IMG/VR virus record: IMGVR_UViG_3300047321_000170
Coordinates: 1 to 64,000 of that record
Reading direction: 5' to 3' (one strand)
Length of the DNA stretch: 64,000 nucleotides
Source: a virus
Position 1 is the first letter of the stretch. The number at the start of each line of letters is the position of its first letter. The notes beneath the pieces are model-generated. The model ran no database searches and was not told the DNA's origin. It worked only from the letters and a program-made list of their open reading frames with translations. Positions 36,898-46,616 of the stretch are shown here, piece by piece. Made by a program: the position numbers and the translations under genes.

Positions 36898-37473
36898 TTA
36901 GGAGTTGCGTGCGTCGAGACCGCCCTTGTCTGCTCGTGCTTCAGCAGCGGCGTTCGAGTAGGCATCGGGGAATCGTTCGCGCAGCTTGGCGATGTTCTCT
37001 TCCATCACGTCTTCGATGGCGAAGCCCAGTGCGTCGCATGCGTGCGCTACCGCACAAACGACATTCAGGACACCACGCATAATGGAATCCTTCGACGACG
37101 CATCGCTCAAGTTCGGAAGCCCGAAGGCAATAAACCCGGTCTCGATGGCCAAGCGGAAAGAAACCAGCTTCAACTTCTCCGTGAGCGAATAGCTGTCGAA
37201 GTCGTCGAACAGATACTGATACTCGGGAATGTCGAACTCCAGAGCGTCACAAGCGATAGCGGCATACCAGAGGGTGTCGCCCAGCTCTTCACGCATGTGC
37301 GCGACGAACTCGGGGCTTAGCTTCTTGCCGTAGATCGCAACCCGTTTCACTGTGGTGGTGAATTCGCCGCTCTCGGTGGCCAGACCGAGGATGGCGTGCT
37401 CAAGGCGCAGAAAGGCCGTGGCCAACGGCTTTTCTGTGCGAAGAGCGAGAGGTACGTATTCTTGAAAGTTCAT
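36898..37473 (-). CDS. MazG-like nucleoside triphosphate pyrophosphohydrolase
   Basis: MNFQEY..ALRT, LGLATESGE, EELGD.LWY and NIAKL.ER(F)P motifs. Confidence 0.85.
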   Translation of the reverse strand: MNFQEYVPLALRTEKPLATAFLRLEHAILGLATESGEFTTTVKRVAIYGKKLSPEFVAHMREELGDTLWYAAIACDALEFDIPEYQYLFDDFDSYSLTEKLKLVSFRLAIETGFIAFGLPNLSDASSKDSIMRGVLNVVCAVAHACDALGFAIEDVMEENIAKLRERFPDAYSNAAAEARADKGGLDARNS

Positions 37474-37501
37474 GATGTGGTGGTAGTGGTGGTGGTGAAA
37501 T

Positions 37502-37849
37502 TCAATAGGTCTCGGGCGGCGCTGTGAACCACAGCCGGCGCGCGACGACTTCCTCGACGGGAAAGGCATACTGGATTAGGTAGCCTTCATCCATCTTCTG
37601 CATAAGCGTCAACTCCCCCTTGTCATGCTTGATCTTGCAGATTGCCAATCGTCCAAGATCCGCGTCGGGCCACCGGCGCTCGCCGCGGTTGCGGCGGGCG
37701 ATGATGTGGGGGTAGTGCTTCGGCTCGCCCCACCCTGCGAGGGGTAGCTCGCGCATCACTTGGGCAACCCGCTCAACGGTGGTGTCGAGGAGCGTAGCGA
37801 TGTCGGGCGGGGTGTAGTTCTGATCCAGTAGAGTCTTTATGTTTTCCAT
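37502..37849 (-). CDS. Hypothetical protein with N-terminal HTH-like segment
   Basis: YTPPDIATLLDTTVERVAQV. Confidence 0.55.
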   Translation of the reverse strand: MENIKTLLDQNYTPPDIATLLDTTVERVAQVMRELPLAGWGEPKHYPHIIARRNRGERRWPDADLGRLAICKIKHDKGELTLMQKMDEGYLIQYAFPVEEVVARRLWFTAPPETY

Positions 37850-37860
37850 AGGCGGTCAGT

Positions 37861-39894
37861 TCATGCAGCTTCCTTCAGGGGTAGCGTGAAAACGTGATCT
37901 GCGATCGGCCGCTTGTGCGTCACAACGATCACCTGTTTGATGGTCTCCTTCAAACGCTGAAGGCACTCAGCGGTGTAACGGGCGCGCTTCTCGTCCATCG
38001 ACTCGTCGAACTCGTCGGCCATGAACACAGAGAACACACCGTTGGTCAGAACCTGACCGAGACCGATCCGCAAAGCGAGATTGGCCACGGCCTTGCCCGA
38101 ACCCGACAACGTCTGAACCTGCTGGCCATCGACCGTGATGTTGAACTCGTCGTCAACGACGATTGAGCTGCGAGCACCACCCGTCATCTGGTTGATCAGC
38201 ATGGACGCGACCTTGTTCAGCGATGGCACCAGGTACGACTTGATGACCACCTTCGCCTCGGCGATCGCAGCCTTGGCGTTTGTCCAATCCGTGGACTGCT
38301 CCAGCAGCCCGTCCATCTTCAGCTTGTCCTCCACGTAGGAGCGCACAGAAGCCTCGTAGGCGCCCTGGGCCTGCTCATAAGCACGCGAGGCCACCAGGCG
38401 CTCTTCCAGAGCCACCAGACGCCCTTCTACGGGCTCCAGCTCCCGGATGCGTGCCTCGCGCTCCTTGAGCTGGGCGAAGAACTGCTCGTACGCGGCTACC
38501 TGCGCGCCGTGGGCCAGGAGCGCGCCATCGAACTTCTGGCGTTCAGCGATGCGCCCCGATTGGTCCGGATTCGCTTTCAGCAGATCGTCCAGCTGCACGA
38601 TGTTCTTCGCGTTGGCCTCGAACGCCTCGACCTTCTCAGCGATCTGCTTGACCTTCTCGTCCATCTTGGCCGCGATCTGCTCTTTCTCAGCCGCAACGTC
38701 ACGCTCCAGCTGCGGAATCGAGTCTTCGAGCTGCTTCTTCAGATCGACGTTGAACTGGAGAGCGCGCTGCGCGTTCAGGTAGCCAGCCGAATACTGCGAC
38801 GGCTGGATCTCGATCGCGTCCGCATAGGCGTCCAGCTCCTCGCTCGCGACCGGCCAGGTGTGCGAGCACTTCGGGCACGAGTGGTGACCCTGTGCCAGCA
38901 GCTTCTGCTTCGCCGCCCAACGGGCGTGCTTCTCGTTGCGGCTGAACTGTTCGTCGATCGCGGCGGTCGTCATCTCCGGCAGCTTCAGCTCGGCCAGCTT
39001 CGCGCGGACCTGTGCCAGCTGCTTGGCCGAATACGACTCACCATCGAGCTGGGCGGCGAGCTTCAGCAACTCACCCTCGACAGTCGTTTTCTCGCGCATG
39101 ATCTGCGAGGCATTGCTGTCCGCCAGCTTGCGGGCGTCGAGCAGCTGCCCGCGGATGTCCTGAAGACTTTGAAGCGTCGCGACCGTCTCGTTGACCTCGC
39201 ACACGGGCGCCACCGGCTCGGCTGGCTTGTTGGCAACCATGCCGCGCAGCTGGTTCAACTCCGTCGCGATCAACACAGCTTCCTGACGCTTCAGCGCCAG
39301 CGTCGAGCTGCTTTCGTAGTTCTCCGGGACTTCCGGCTGGACTGGCTCACGCAAGACGCCCGCGATGCCCTCGGCCTGGCGCGCAAACTTCAGCGCCTGC
39401 TCGCCCGCTTCCTTGATCAGATCGTCCAGCACGGCGAGGCCGACAGTCTGGTCGACGATCTTCTTGCGCTCACCAGGCTTCGCGTCCGACAGAGCTTCGA
39501 CGGCCCCTTGCATCACTGCGTTGGCCATCGTGAACACGCTGTAGTCGTAGCCGAAGATCTCTTTCATCTTCAGGTTGACCGGCTTCGTACCGACCGCAAC
39601 ATCGTGCTCAGCGTTGTCGTTCAGCGGCGCACGAATCAGTTTTGCGTTCTTGATCGTGCGGTTGACGCGGTAGCGCTGATCCTTGACGACGAAAGTCAGC
39701 GTGACATCGAGCTTCTTATAATCGTCGGCGACACCGCGCAGCGCGACGCTGCCCCACAGCGCGAACAGAATCATTTCAAGCGTGACCGACTTGCCAGATT
39801 CATTCTCACCAGTGATCGCTGTCTGGCCAGCCTGGAAGTTGAAGACCGAATGCGGATGACGGAAGCCGTTCTTGATGATCAATTGTTCAAGCAT
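37861..39894 (-). CDS. SbcC/Rad50-like SMC ATPase
   Basis: Walker A GENESGKS, coiled coil, CPKC hook, LSGSG signature, ADEFD, VTH. Confidence 0.92.
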   Translation of the reverse strand: MLEQLIIKNGFRHPHSVFNFQAGQTAITGENESGKSVTLEMILFALWGSVALRGVADDYKKLDVTLTFVVKDQRYRVNRTIKNAKLIRAPLNDNAEHDVAVGTKPVNLKMKEIFGYDYSVFTMANAVMQGAVEALSDAKPGERKKIVDQTVGLAVLDDLIKEAGEQALKFARQAEGIAGVLREPVQPEVPENYESSSTLALKRQEAVLIATELNQLRGMVANKPAEPVAPVCEVNETVATLQSLQDIRGQLLDARKLADSNASQIMREKTTVEGELLKLAAQLDGESYSAKQLAQVRAKLAELKLPEMTTAAIDEQFSRNEKHARWAAKQKLLAQGHHSCPKCSHTWPVASEELDAYADAIEIQPSQYSAGYLNAQRALQFNVDLKKQLEDSIPQLERDVAAEKEQIAAKMDEKVKQIAEKVEAFEANAKNIVQLDDLLKANPDQSGRIAERQKFDGALLAHGAQVAAYEQFFAQLKEREARIRELEPVEGRLVALEERLVASRAYEQAQGAYEASVRSYVEDKLKMDGLLEQSTDWTNAKAAIAEAKVVIKSYLVPSLNKVASMLINQMTGGARSSIVVDDEFNITVDGQQVQTLSGSGKAVANLALRIGLGQVLTNGVFSVFMADEFDESMDEKRARYTAECLQRLKETIKQVIVVTHKRPIADHVFTLPLKEAA

Positions 39895-39904
39895 GTCGTT
39901 CTCC

Positions 39905-40924
39905 TTAGACCGTTTCGTTGCGCTTTTCGAGGTACTTCGTCAGGAGCACGCTGGACGTTTCGGCGGTGACACCATGCTTCGTGAAGCAGCGCGACAGGAT
40001 GTCCTGCATGTCGAACGATTCCGTTTGCACGGTGATGTCCACGAAGTCCTCGCCGTTGTCGGCGATCGGCTGCGTCGTGGTAGCCCACGCATCGAACTCG
40101 AAGTCGATCTGCTCACCGGGCTTCAGCCGAACGCGCACCGCCTTGTCGTGGAACTGGGTCGGGTCAGCCGCAACCGCCGCGCGCAGCTCTTCGAGCGACA
40201 ACGTGACGTACGTGTTGTTGTCCGGATCTTCACCGTGACTGTACGGTTGCATCGAGCCGGGGAACACCACGCGAATGCCGTTGATCATGTCGTCGAACGG
40301 GCGGTGATCGTGGCCGCTGACCACCAGCTTGGTGAAGGGCTTCAGCTCGAATAGCGGCACGGCGTTGTGCGGATTCTCGTCGAACGTCACACGATCCCAA
40401 TGGCCGACGACGAGATCAAACTCCATGAAGCCGTCTTTGCTGAGGCCAAGGTCGCGCGCCATCTCCTTCGAGTTGCGGAACGGATGCCACGGCACCACGC
40501 CGAGGCGGAACAGACCCGCCTGGATGATCTCGGTATCGTCGAGCGAGATGACGATGTTCTGCACGCCGAGGAGCAGCTGATGGAGAAGATCGTAGGAGCT
40601 GGCTTTATCTGCGTCGCGCGAGGCGTCATGGTTTCCACGCACCAGCACGAAGATCGTGTCCGGACGGGCCACAGCGGCTTTGCGATAAGCCATCGCCACT
40701 TCAAGGACGATCTCTGGCGGCACCACGTAGGTGTCGAAGATGTCGCCGAGGCAGATGTTGACATTCACTTCCGCGTACAGCTCTTCGTTGAACTGCGCAG
40801 CGATCGCGGCTTCACGTTCGCCGCGACGGTTCAGCGGGACACCAGTGAGAAAGTTGCGGCCCCGATGCACGTCGCCGATAAAGCCGACCTTCTGGCCAGC
40901 GATTTCCATAATCTTCATGTTCAC
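39905..40924 (-). CDS. SbcD/Mre11-like nuclease
   Basis: GDVH, LGDIFD, GNHD, GH and SGHDH phosphoesterase motifs. Confidence 0.9.
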   Translation of the reverse strand: MNMKIMEIAGQKVGFIGDVHRGRNFLTGVPLNRRGEREAAIAAQFNEELYAEVNVNICLGDIFDTYVVPPEIVLEVAMAYRKAAVARPDTIFVLVRGNHDASRDADKASSYDLLHQLLLGVQNIVISLDDTEIIQAGLFRLGVVPWHPFRNSKEMARDLGLSKDGFMEFDLVVGHWDRVTFDENPHNAVPLFELKPFTKLVVSGHDHRPFDDMINGIRVVFPGSMQPYSHGEDPDNNTYVTLSLEELRAAVAADPTQFHDKAVRVRLKPGEQIDFEFDAWATTTQPIADNGEDFVDITVQTESFDMQDILSRCFTKHGVTAETSSVLLTKYLEKRNETV

Positions 40925-41025
40925 GACCTTGTGAAAATCTTGCTGAGGATGAAGATCACCGCGGCGGTGACTACCGCCGCGATGATTACTTCGATCGACT
41001 TGCGAATTCGATCAGGCAACGGCAT
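40921..41025 (-). CDS. Small single-TM protein (34 aa)
   Basis: MPLPDRIRKSIEVIIAAVVTAAVIFILSKIFTRS; GGAG SD; stop overlaps the sbcD GTG. Confidence 0.45.
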   Translation of the reverse strand: MPLPDRIRKSIEVIIAAVVTAAVIFILSKIFTRS

Positions 41026-41656
41026 CGACGACATCTCCGGCTGCTTGCAGCGAAGGATGTTTCGTCGAGTGCTCGCGCACAGCAAACAGCACCTTGATCT
41101 GGTGGAACACGTCGAACAGGGCGCTATGGGCGGGGCCAACGAACGGGATCAGGCGCTCGAACTCGGGAGGGGTCTGCGGCCAGTAGCGGCCACGAATCCA
41201 CGAGTTCATGTCGTTCGTCTGGCGGAAGTGGAACGGGTTCTGCACTTCGAACTGCTTGCAGTAACTTTCAATGAACGGATATTCGAAGTGCGACGGCTTC
41301 GCCCAGAGGCGCAGCGTGTCGTTGTACGGGTCAGTGCCGACGCGAGCCCACGTCACGAAGTCCTGCATGACCTTCGCGGGGTTCTCGCTGCGCTGCATGA
41401 TGCTGGTCAGGATCTCGCGCTTGTCTTTGAGCCACCAGCTGCGCGTCTCTTCATCGAAGTAGCGCTTGGGCGGCATGATCAGGCAGCGGTCGAAGGTGTC
41501 AGGATGGATCTCGCCTGAAGCGAGGTCGAAGCGAACGGCGGCGATCTGGATGATGGCGTTCTCGTCGGAGCGAGTACCAGTCGTTTCCAGGTCAACCATG
41601 AAATCAAGGCATTTTACGGTCATGTTGGGTGGCCAGAAGTTGTGAGAAAAGCACAT
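41012..41656 (-). CDS. DEDDh 3'-5' exonuclease (alternative start 41623)
   Basis: VDLETTG, IIQIAAV and HSALFD motifs. Confidence 0.85.
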   Translation of the reverse strand: MCFSHNFWPPNMTVKCLDFMVDLETTGTRSDENAIIQIAAVRFDLASGEIHPDTFDRCLIMPPKRYFDEETRSWWLKDKREILTSIMQRSENPAKVMQDFVTWARVGTDPYNDTLRLWAKPSHFEYPFIESYCKQFEVQNPFHFRQTNDMNSWIRGRYWPQTPPEFERLIPFVGPAHSALFDVFHQIKVLFAVREHSTKHPSLQAAGDVVDAVA

Positions 41657-42068
41657 GGTTCGAGATTCGGTGGTGGTCGATCTCGGCCCACTTCATCGAC
41701 TTTGTGGTGTTATCGATGATGTGCGACGCGTGGACTGCATACCAGATTCCATACGACTCTCGCCGGATGAAGAAGTAATAGTCCCCGCCTGCTGCTACTG
41801 CCTTGCGTGCTGCGCGCCACTGGTTCTTGGCGATCATGCTGAAGGGGAAAGACGGCTCCTTCACCGTGCTCTTCACTTCAGCGTAGAACATGCGGCCTTC
41901 CCATGTGACTGTGAAGTCAGAAGGCTGTGCGTCCTTGATTGCTCGTTGAAGCCCAGTGGCACCGCGCACATGCGCCGTGTCGGTAAGTCGCTCGACTGCT
42001 GCGCGCTTACCGAAAGGCGCAAAGAAGGAGATGAACTCCTCCTCTGCATCCTTCCAGACTTGCTTCAT
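41604..42068 (-). CDS. RecU-like Holliday junction resolvase (PD-(D/E)XK)
   Basis: E.EF...PSDF...YAEVKS...Q motif. Confidence 0.75.
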   Translation of the reverse strand: MKQVWKDAEEEFISFFAPFGKRAAVERLTDTAHVRGATGLQRAIKDAQPSDFTVTWEGRMFYAEVKSTVKEPSFPFSMIAKNQWRAARKAVAAGGDYYFFIRRESYGIWYAVHASHIIDNTTKSMKWAEIDHHRISNHVLFSQLLATQHDRKMP

Positions 42069-42151
42069 TTTTTCTTTGACTACGTGGTGGTGGTGTGCAT
42101 CGATTATATCTAGCTAGTACCTCTAAGGTTCAAGGAACTAGCTGATAGTTA

Positions 42152-43474
42152 TCACACTACTTTGTCTGTGCGAAAGCGCACGAACACCGGGTTGCGAAGC
42201 GACCCTTCGGAGGTCTTCTCCATGTACTCGCATTCGAGTATCCAGCCCAGCATCTCCTCACGCCGCTCCCAGAACTCGTGGCGTTGTGCGCGCGTATAGC
42301 CACCGCCCACGTTGACTCGGAACGAACTACCATCTTCCAATTTTCCCTCGATGGTGAAACCACCGAGTACGTGCTCGAACTGGCTCTTTTTCTTGCCGTT
42401 GTAAAAGCCGACAATGCGCCCTTCTGCCGTGTCCAGAGGCTTGCCCTTCAACCAATGCGGGCTGCGGCCCCACACATACGGCGCGCGCTTCGCCTTCAGC
42501 ATGAAGCCCTCGAATCCCTGCGCGAGCGCCAGGTCGAAGAACGCCTTTACTTCGTCCCGGTTGTTCACGGTCTGCTTGTAGCTCGGCAGGAGCTTGCCGG
42601 TCCACTGGAGCCCTTCCTCCGTCTCGACCGCGCAGACCTTCTCCAGCGCCGCGTCGAGCAGCTCGCTGCGCTCTTCCTGCGGGCGCACGCAAGTCTGCTG
42701 GTCCCACTCCACCTTCGTGAGCCAATCGTAGGCATAGAAGCGCAGCTGCGAGCGGTCAGCGCCATCCTTCTTGGACTTCGACGTGGCCGTCCAGCTTGGG
42801 TGCTTCTCGCCTGGAGCGACCACATGGATCATCAGCTCGCCGTCTAGCACCATCGGCTGATCGCCGACCAGCGCCTGGCGCAGTGCCTGCATGTCGGCGT
42901 CGAACAGCGTGCCCATCCAGTACGTCTGGTCAAGACCATCGCGCGAATACCCGACGACCGGCTGGCCGGGGTAGACGAAGACCGCTGTGCGTTGGCCGTC
43001 CATCTTGAACTCGATCTGGGCGGGGAACTCTGGGTCATGCTCGGCATACTTCTCGGCCAGCATCACGTCGAACACGGGGATCAGGCCGGGGAAGACCTTG
43101 TTGATCTCCTTCGCGCCGATGCCCACGCGCAGGTTCTTGCGCAGCACTGCCGCGAGGTTGTCGGCCGTCTCGACCGAGTATTGCGCCAGCGTGCAGCGAA
43201 TCACGTCCTTCGCCGCGTTGCCGGTCAGTCGGCGCGTCGCCAGTGACAGCAGCAGCTGGACGAACTCTTCACCGTTGTCCACGTCCTCGGCGCGGTAGTC
43301 ATCAGGCAGATCGAAGTCTTTCACCCCGTACGTCACGAAAGGCGACAGCGCTGCGACCAGCATCTTCTTGGCAAACTCTTCAGGGTCAGCACCGAGCTTG
43401 GTGATAGCTTCGATCTTCTCGTTCTTGCTGCTTGTTGCCCGGCACTCGGCCATCAGTCGGTTGAAACGTCTCAT
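42152..43474 (-). CDS. ATP-dependent DNA ligase
   Basis: EFKMDGQR, LDGE, EGFMLK, WLKGK and SLRNPVF motifs. Confidence 0.93.
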   Translation of the reverse strand: MRRFNRLMAECRATSSKNEKIEAITKLGADPEEFAKKMLVAALSPFVTYGVKDFDLPDDYRAEDVDNGEEFVQLLLSLATRRLTGNAAKDVIRCTLAQYSVETADNLAAVLRKNLRVGIGAKEINKVFPGLIPVFDVMLAEKYAEHDPEFPAQIEFKMDGQRTAVFVYPGQPVVGYSRDGLDQTYWMGTLFDADMQALRQALVGDQPMVLDGELMIHVVAPGEKHPSWTATSKSKKDGADRSQLRFYAYDWLTKVEWDQQTCVRPQEERSELLDAALEKVCAVETEEGLQWTGKLLPSYKQTVNNRDEVKAFFDLALAQGFEGFMLKAKRAPYVWGRSPHWLKGKPLDTAEGRIVGFYNGKKKSQFEHVLGGFTIEGKLEDGSSFRVNVGGGYTRAQRHEFWERREEMLGWILECEYMEKTSEGSLRNPVFVRFRTDKVV

Positions 43475-43692
43475 GCTTTCAAGTCCTCTTCTACTGCTGC
43501 CTTTGCTTCGGCGACGATACGCACGGCTTCGTCACCCTCCCCGTTGATCGTCATGAGCCGCGCGATCTCGCGAAGACCCTCTTTCAGCGCTTGCGAATCG
43601 TTGACTCTGCTGCCGAACGCCTCACGCGACCTGTAGCCACTAGCGGTGGCGATGTAGATATCAACTTCGCTGTGTACGATCTTGTTGCTCAT
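43471..43692 (-). CDS. Hypothetical protein
   Basis: ATGA-coupled between pol and ligase. Confidence 0.6.
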   Translation of the reverse strand: MSNKIVHSEVDIYIATASGYRSREAFGSRVNDSQALKEGLREIARLMTINGEGDEAVRIVAEAKAAVEEDLKA

Positions 43693-46409
43693 GCTGTTGC
43701 TTCCTCTTCCTGTTGTGCCTCAGCCGGCATGCCGTCGAGGATGTAGTCCAGAATCGCCTGGCGCTCTTCACGCGTGGCACGCTTGCCCCAACGGTCTTCC
43801 GCGATACACGGCAGACCCTTCTGCATTTCCATCAGCTCGACCTGGCCGTCAGGGCACTTCTCCTTGTTCCACGGCTGCATGGTCTTGCCGATAGCAAGGG
43901 AAGAGTCCAGCTTCAGGTTCTTCATCAAGCCAGCGTCTTCGATCATCACTTCGTAGAAGTCGTCAAAGAAGTCGATCACTTGCGAGCGCGGCACGCTGTA
44001 GATCAGTTCGTCGTGAATCAGCAGATAGAAGCGGGCGCGGTAGCCACGCTCAGCGATGCGCTGCTTCATGCGGATAATTGCGCGCTTCGCGAGCGCTCCA
44101 CCGAGACCCTGAACCTTCGCGTTCACGCACTGGTTACCAGCGCGGCGATTGATCTTCTTGATCACTGCATCACCGAAGGCTGCGATCGCCGGATCTCCAT
44201 AAGAAGCGAACTTCTGCTTCATGATGTTGATCCACTCGTAGGTCGCCTCGAAGCGGTCACGGCGATGGTGATCGGGTAGTTCAACGTAGCCGCGCTCGCG
44301 GGCTTCCTCGATCGTGCTGACGCGCCACTCTTCAGCCACAGAGAACGTCGCGCGGTACTTGTCGACCATCTCCCACATGAACTCGCTCGACCATCCCAGC
44401 GCTTCGCCGGTCGTGCCCAGGGCGCCCGAATACCAGTAGCCGAAGTTCGCCGGCTTGCCGATGTCGGTACGCAGCTGCTTCTTGTTGGGGTTCGACTCGT
44501 ACTCGTCGTCGGTCAGCCCCATCAGACCCGTCACGGCTTCCTTGTGCAGATCCTCGTGAGGCCGCTGGCCATAGGCCTTGCGGAACTTCGGATCGTTCGA
44601 GTAGTCGCCGATGATCACCAGCTCGACAGCGGACCAGTCGGCCGACACGAGCACATGCTCTTCGCCTTCAGCATCGTCGTCATCGGCCTCGAAGAAGCCG
44701 CGGACATACACCGCCTCGCCGAACTTGCTGAGCTGCTGGCCATTCGGGTTCTGGCACGAGCTGCGACGTGTCGCCAGCATCGACGACATCTGCGGGTACA
44801 CACGACCTGTATCGGGATCGACTAGGCACAGGTAAGGCGTCAGGTACAGCTTCACGCGCTGTGAGATAGAAGCCATCTCCTTGTACGCGCGGAACATGGT
44901 CATGCCCGCCTCGTAGCGCTTGATCAGCTCCTGGAGCGCTGGCAACGTCTTGGCCGACAACTTCAGGTCAGCGCTGACCTCACCAGTCTTCTCGTCGATG
45001 CAACCCTTCAGGATCTCGTCGTTGTAGCGTTTGATCCAGCGACGCTCCAGCTCGACGCGGCAGTCACCATCGCTTTGCGTCTTGCCATCGGCCTGCATAT
45101 ACGAGCCACGCAGCAAGTCATAGATGATCGTCCGCATCGGCATGTAGTGGATGAGGTTCACGCCGCTCGACTCTTTCACGCCGCGCTCGATCGCCCAGGC
45201 GTTCGATACCGGGCCGCGCGTCTGCATGCACTGCTCGAAGTCGTCGTCGCTGTCGTCGGACTTCGCCCACTTCTCGATCTGCGTGCGGTACTTCTTGTAG
45301 CCTTCGCTTCCCTTCGCAGGATCGAAGTACCACTTGTCGTACTTGGCCAGCTTCTCGTGTGGCTCCTCGGGGAACGGGAGCAGATCGCGGATCGCAGCCT
45401 TCATGGTCCGCAGGCAGCGCGCTTCGTTCTCGCGCTCCTGATCGCGTCGGGAGAGCACCGCCTTACCGTTCAGCTTGATGCCGTGTTGCCACGCCTTCGA
45501 GGCCTCTTCGACGAAAGGCATCTCCTGTTGCATGAACGTGTTGAACACGGGCGGGTTCGTCGCCATGATGAAAGCCATCACGCGGTGGAAGAGCTGCAAG
45601 CACCAGTAGGCGTCATCGACGCCGTACTCGTAGACCTCGTCGCCCGTCAGCTGACCCATGTGGGCGCGGCCCCGTAGCGTCTCCTCGAAGGTCGCCATCT
45701 TGTAGCCGAACCAGCTGTGGACGGCCCGCTTCAGGTCGTAGCCGATCTTGATCGACGCGACGTAGCCGTTGTAGCTGTGCGCTGAATCCGACTCCTTCGC
45801 GATGACCTTGTAGAGCAGATCTTCCTGGTCCGCGTTCATGGTCTGGCCAGGCTCGTATCCAGCGAACACGCGCGAGACGGCCGGCAGCAGGCGCTCGATG
45901 CCACCGAGTCCCGGTTCGCGGAACCGATCGATGAAGTAGGTATCCGGCGAGTACGCCGTCACGCACAGCTGCAACGTGCAGATGACGCGTGTGCCGAGAT
46001 CAAAGCCTGCGGCTTTGGCCATCATCGTCCACTCGAAGCTCGCGTTGTGGATGACCCAGTACGCGTCGGGCTTCTTCGCGGCCAGCAATGTGAGCGCTTG
46101 CGCAAGCGGCACACGGTTCTCGATGTCGGCGTGTGCGAGGTTGATGTAATACCCATGATGGTTTTCATCCGGGTACAGCGAGAATCCAGTTACGGTCGTG
46201 CGGTTCGTGTCGAAGACGAGCTTGGTGTTGCCGCCCTTCTTGCCTTCGTCGTTGATCTTCATGAGACGGTTCAGACCCTCGTGTCGACGAGAGTCTTCCG
46301 TTTCAATGTCGAATCCGATGAACCCCTTGCCCGCAACTTCTTCAATGATGCGCGGAGCCAGTTCGGCCCAATTGCGCGCATCAACGAGAACTTTGCGATC
46401 GGCTTCCAT
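43689..46409 (-). CDS. polA: DNA polymerase family A with 3'-5' exonuclease
   Basis: FDIET and HNA.FE exonuclease motifs; ADWSAVEL, GKPANFG..Y, IHDEL. Confidence 0.92.
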   Translation of the reverse strand: MEADRKVLVDARNWAELAPRIIEEVAGKGFIGFDIETEDSRRHEGLNRLMKINDEGKKGGNTKLVFDTNRTTVTGFSLYPDENHHGYYINLAHADIENRVPLAQALTLLAAKKPDAYWVIHNASFEWTMMAKAAGFDLGTRVICTLQLCVTAYSPDTYFIDRFREPGLGGIERLLPAVSRVFAGYEPGQTMNADQEDLLYKVIAKESDSAHSYNGYVASIKIGYDLKRAVHSWFGYKMATFEETLRGRAHMGQLTGDEVYEYGVDDAYWCLQLFHRVMAFIMATNPPVFNTFMQQEMPFVEEASKAWQHGIKLNGKAVLSRRDQERENEARCLRTMKAAIRDLLPFPEEPHEKLAKYDKWYFDPAKGSEGYKKYRTQIEKWAKSDDSDDDFEQCMQTRGPVSNAWAIERGVKESSGVNLIHYMPMRTIIYDLLRGSYMQADGKTQSDGDCRVELERRWIKRYNDEILKGCIDEKTGEVSADLKLSAKTLPALQELIKRYEAGMTMFRAYKEMASISQRVKLYLTPYLCLVDPDTGRVYPQMSSMLATRRSSCQNPNGQQLSKFGEAVYVRGFFEADDDDAEGEEHVLVSADWSAVELVIIGDYSNDPKFRKAYGQRPHEDLHKEAVTGLMGLTDDEYESNPNKKQLRTDIGKPANFGYWYSGALGTTGEALGWSSEFMWEMVDKYRATFSVAEEWRVSTIEEARERGYVELPDHHRRDRFEATYEWINIMKQKFASYGDPAIAAFGDAVIKKINRRAGNQCVNAKVQGLGGALAKRAIIRMKQRIAERGYRARFYLLIHDELIYSVPRSQVIDFFDDFYEVMIEDAGLMKNLKLDSSLAIGKTMQPWNKEKCPDGQVELMEMQKGLPCIAEDRWGKRATREERQAILDYILDGMPAEAQQEEEATA

Positions 46410-46411
46410 CG

Positions 46412-46591
46412 TTACTCCTGCGCAGCTTTTTGCGCGCCGACCAGCGCGATGGCCAGGTTGGCGTGCTCCGGGTGTGCATTGAGCAGATCGTGGAGCTGGT
46501 TGGCGAGCCCCCACACCTTCGCCTTGACGATAGGTTCGAGCTTGCCTATCTCGTCCTCGACGAGCTTCAGTTGATGCTGAGCGATGTTCAT
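46412..46591 (-). CDS. Hypothetical 59-aa protein (not in ORF track)
   Basis: MNIAQHQLKLVEDEIGKLEP...; fills the gap. Confidence 0.55.
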   Translation of the reverse strand: MNIAQHQLKLVEDEIGKLEPIVKAKVWGLANQLHDLLNAHPEHANLAIALVGAQKAAQE

Positions 46592-46616
46592 TGTTTTGAT
46601 CCGTGGTGGTGGTGAT

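Noticed and set aside
37474-37569. Apparent poly-His (HHHHYHH) N-terminal extension of the MazG ORF
   Set aside because: It is the (CAC)n leader motif read in frame; the family-like start is MNFQEY at 37473
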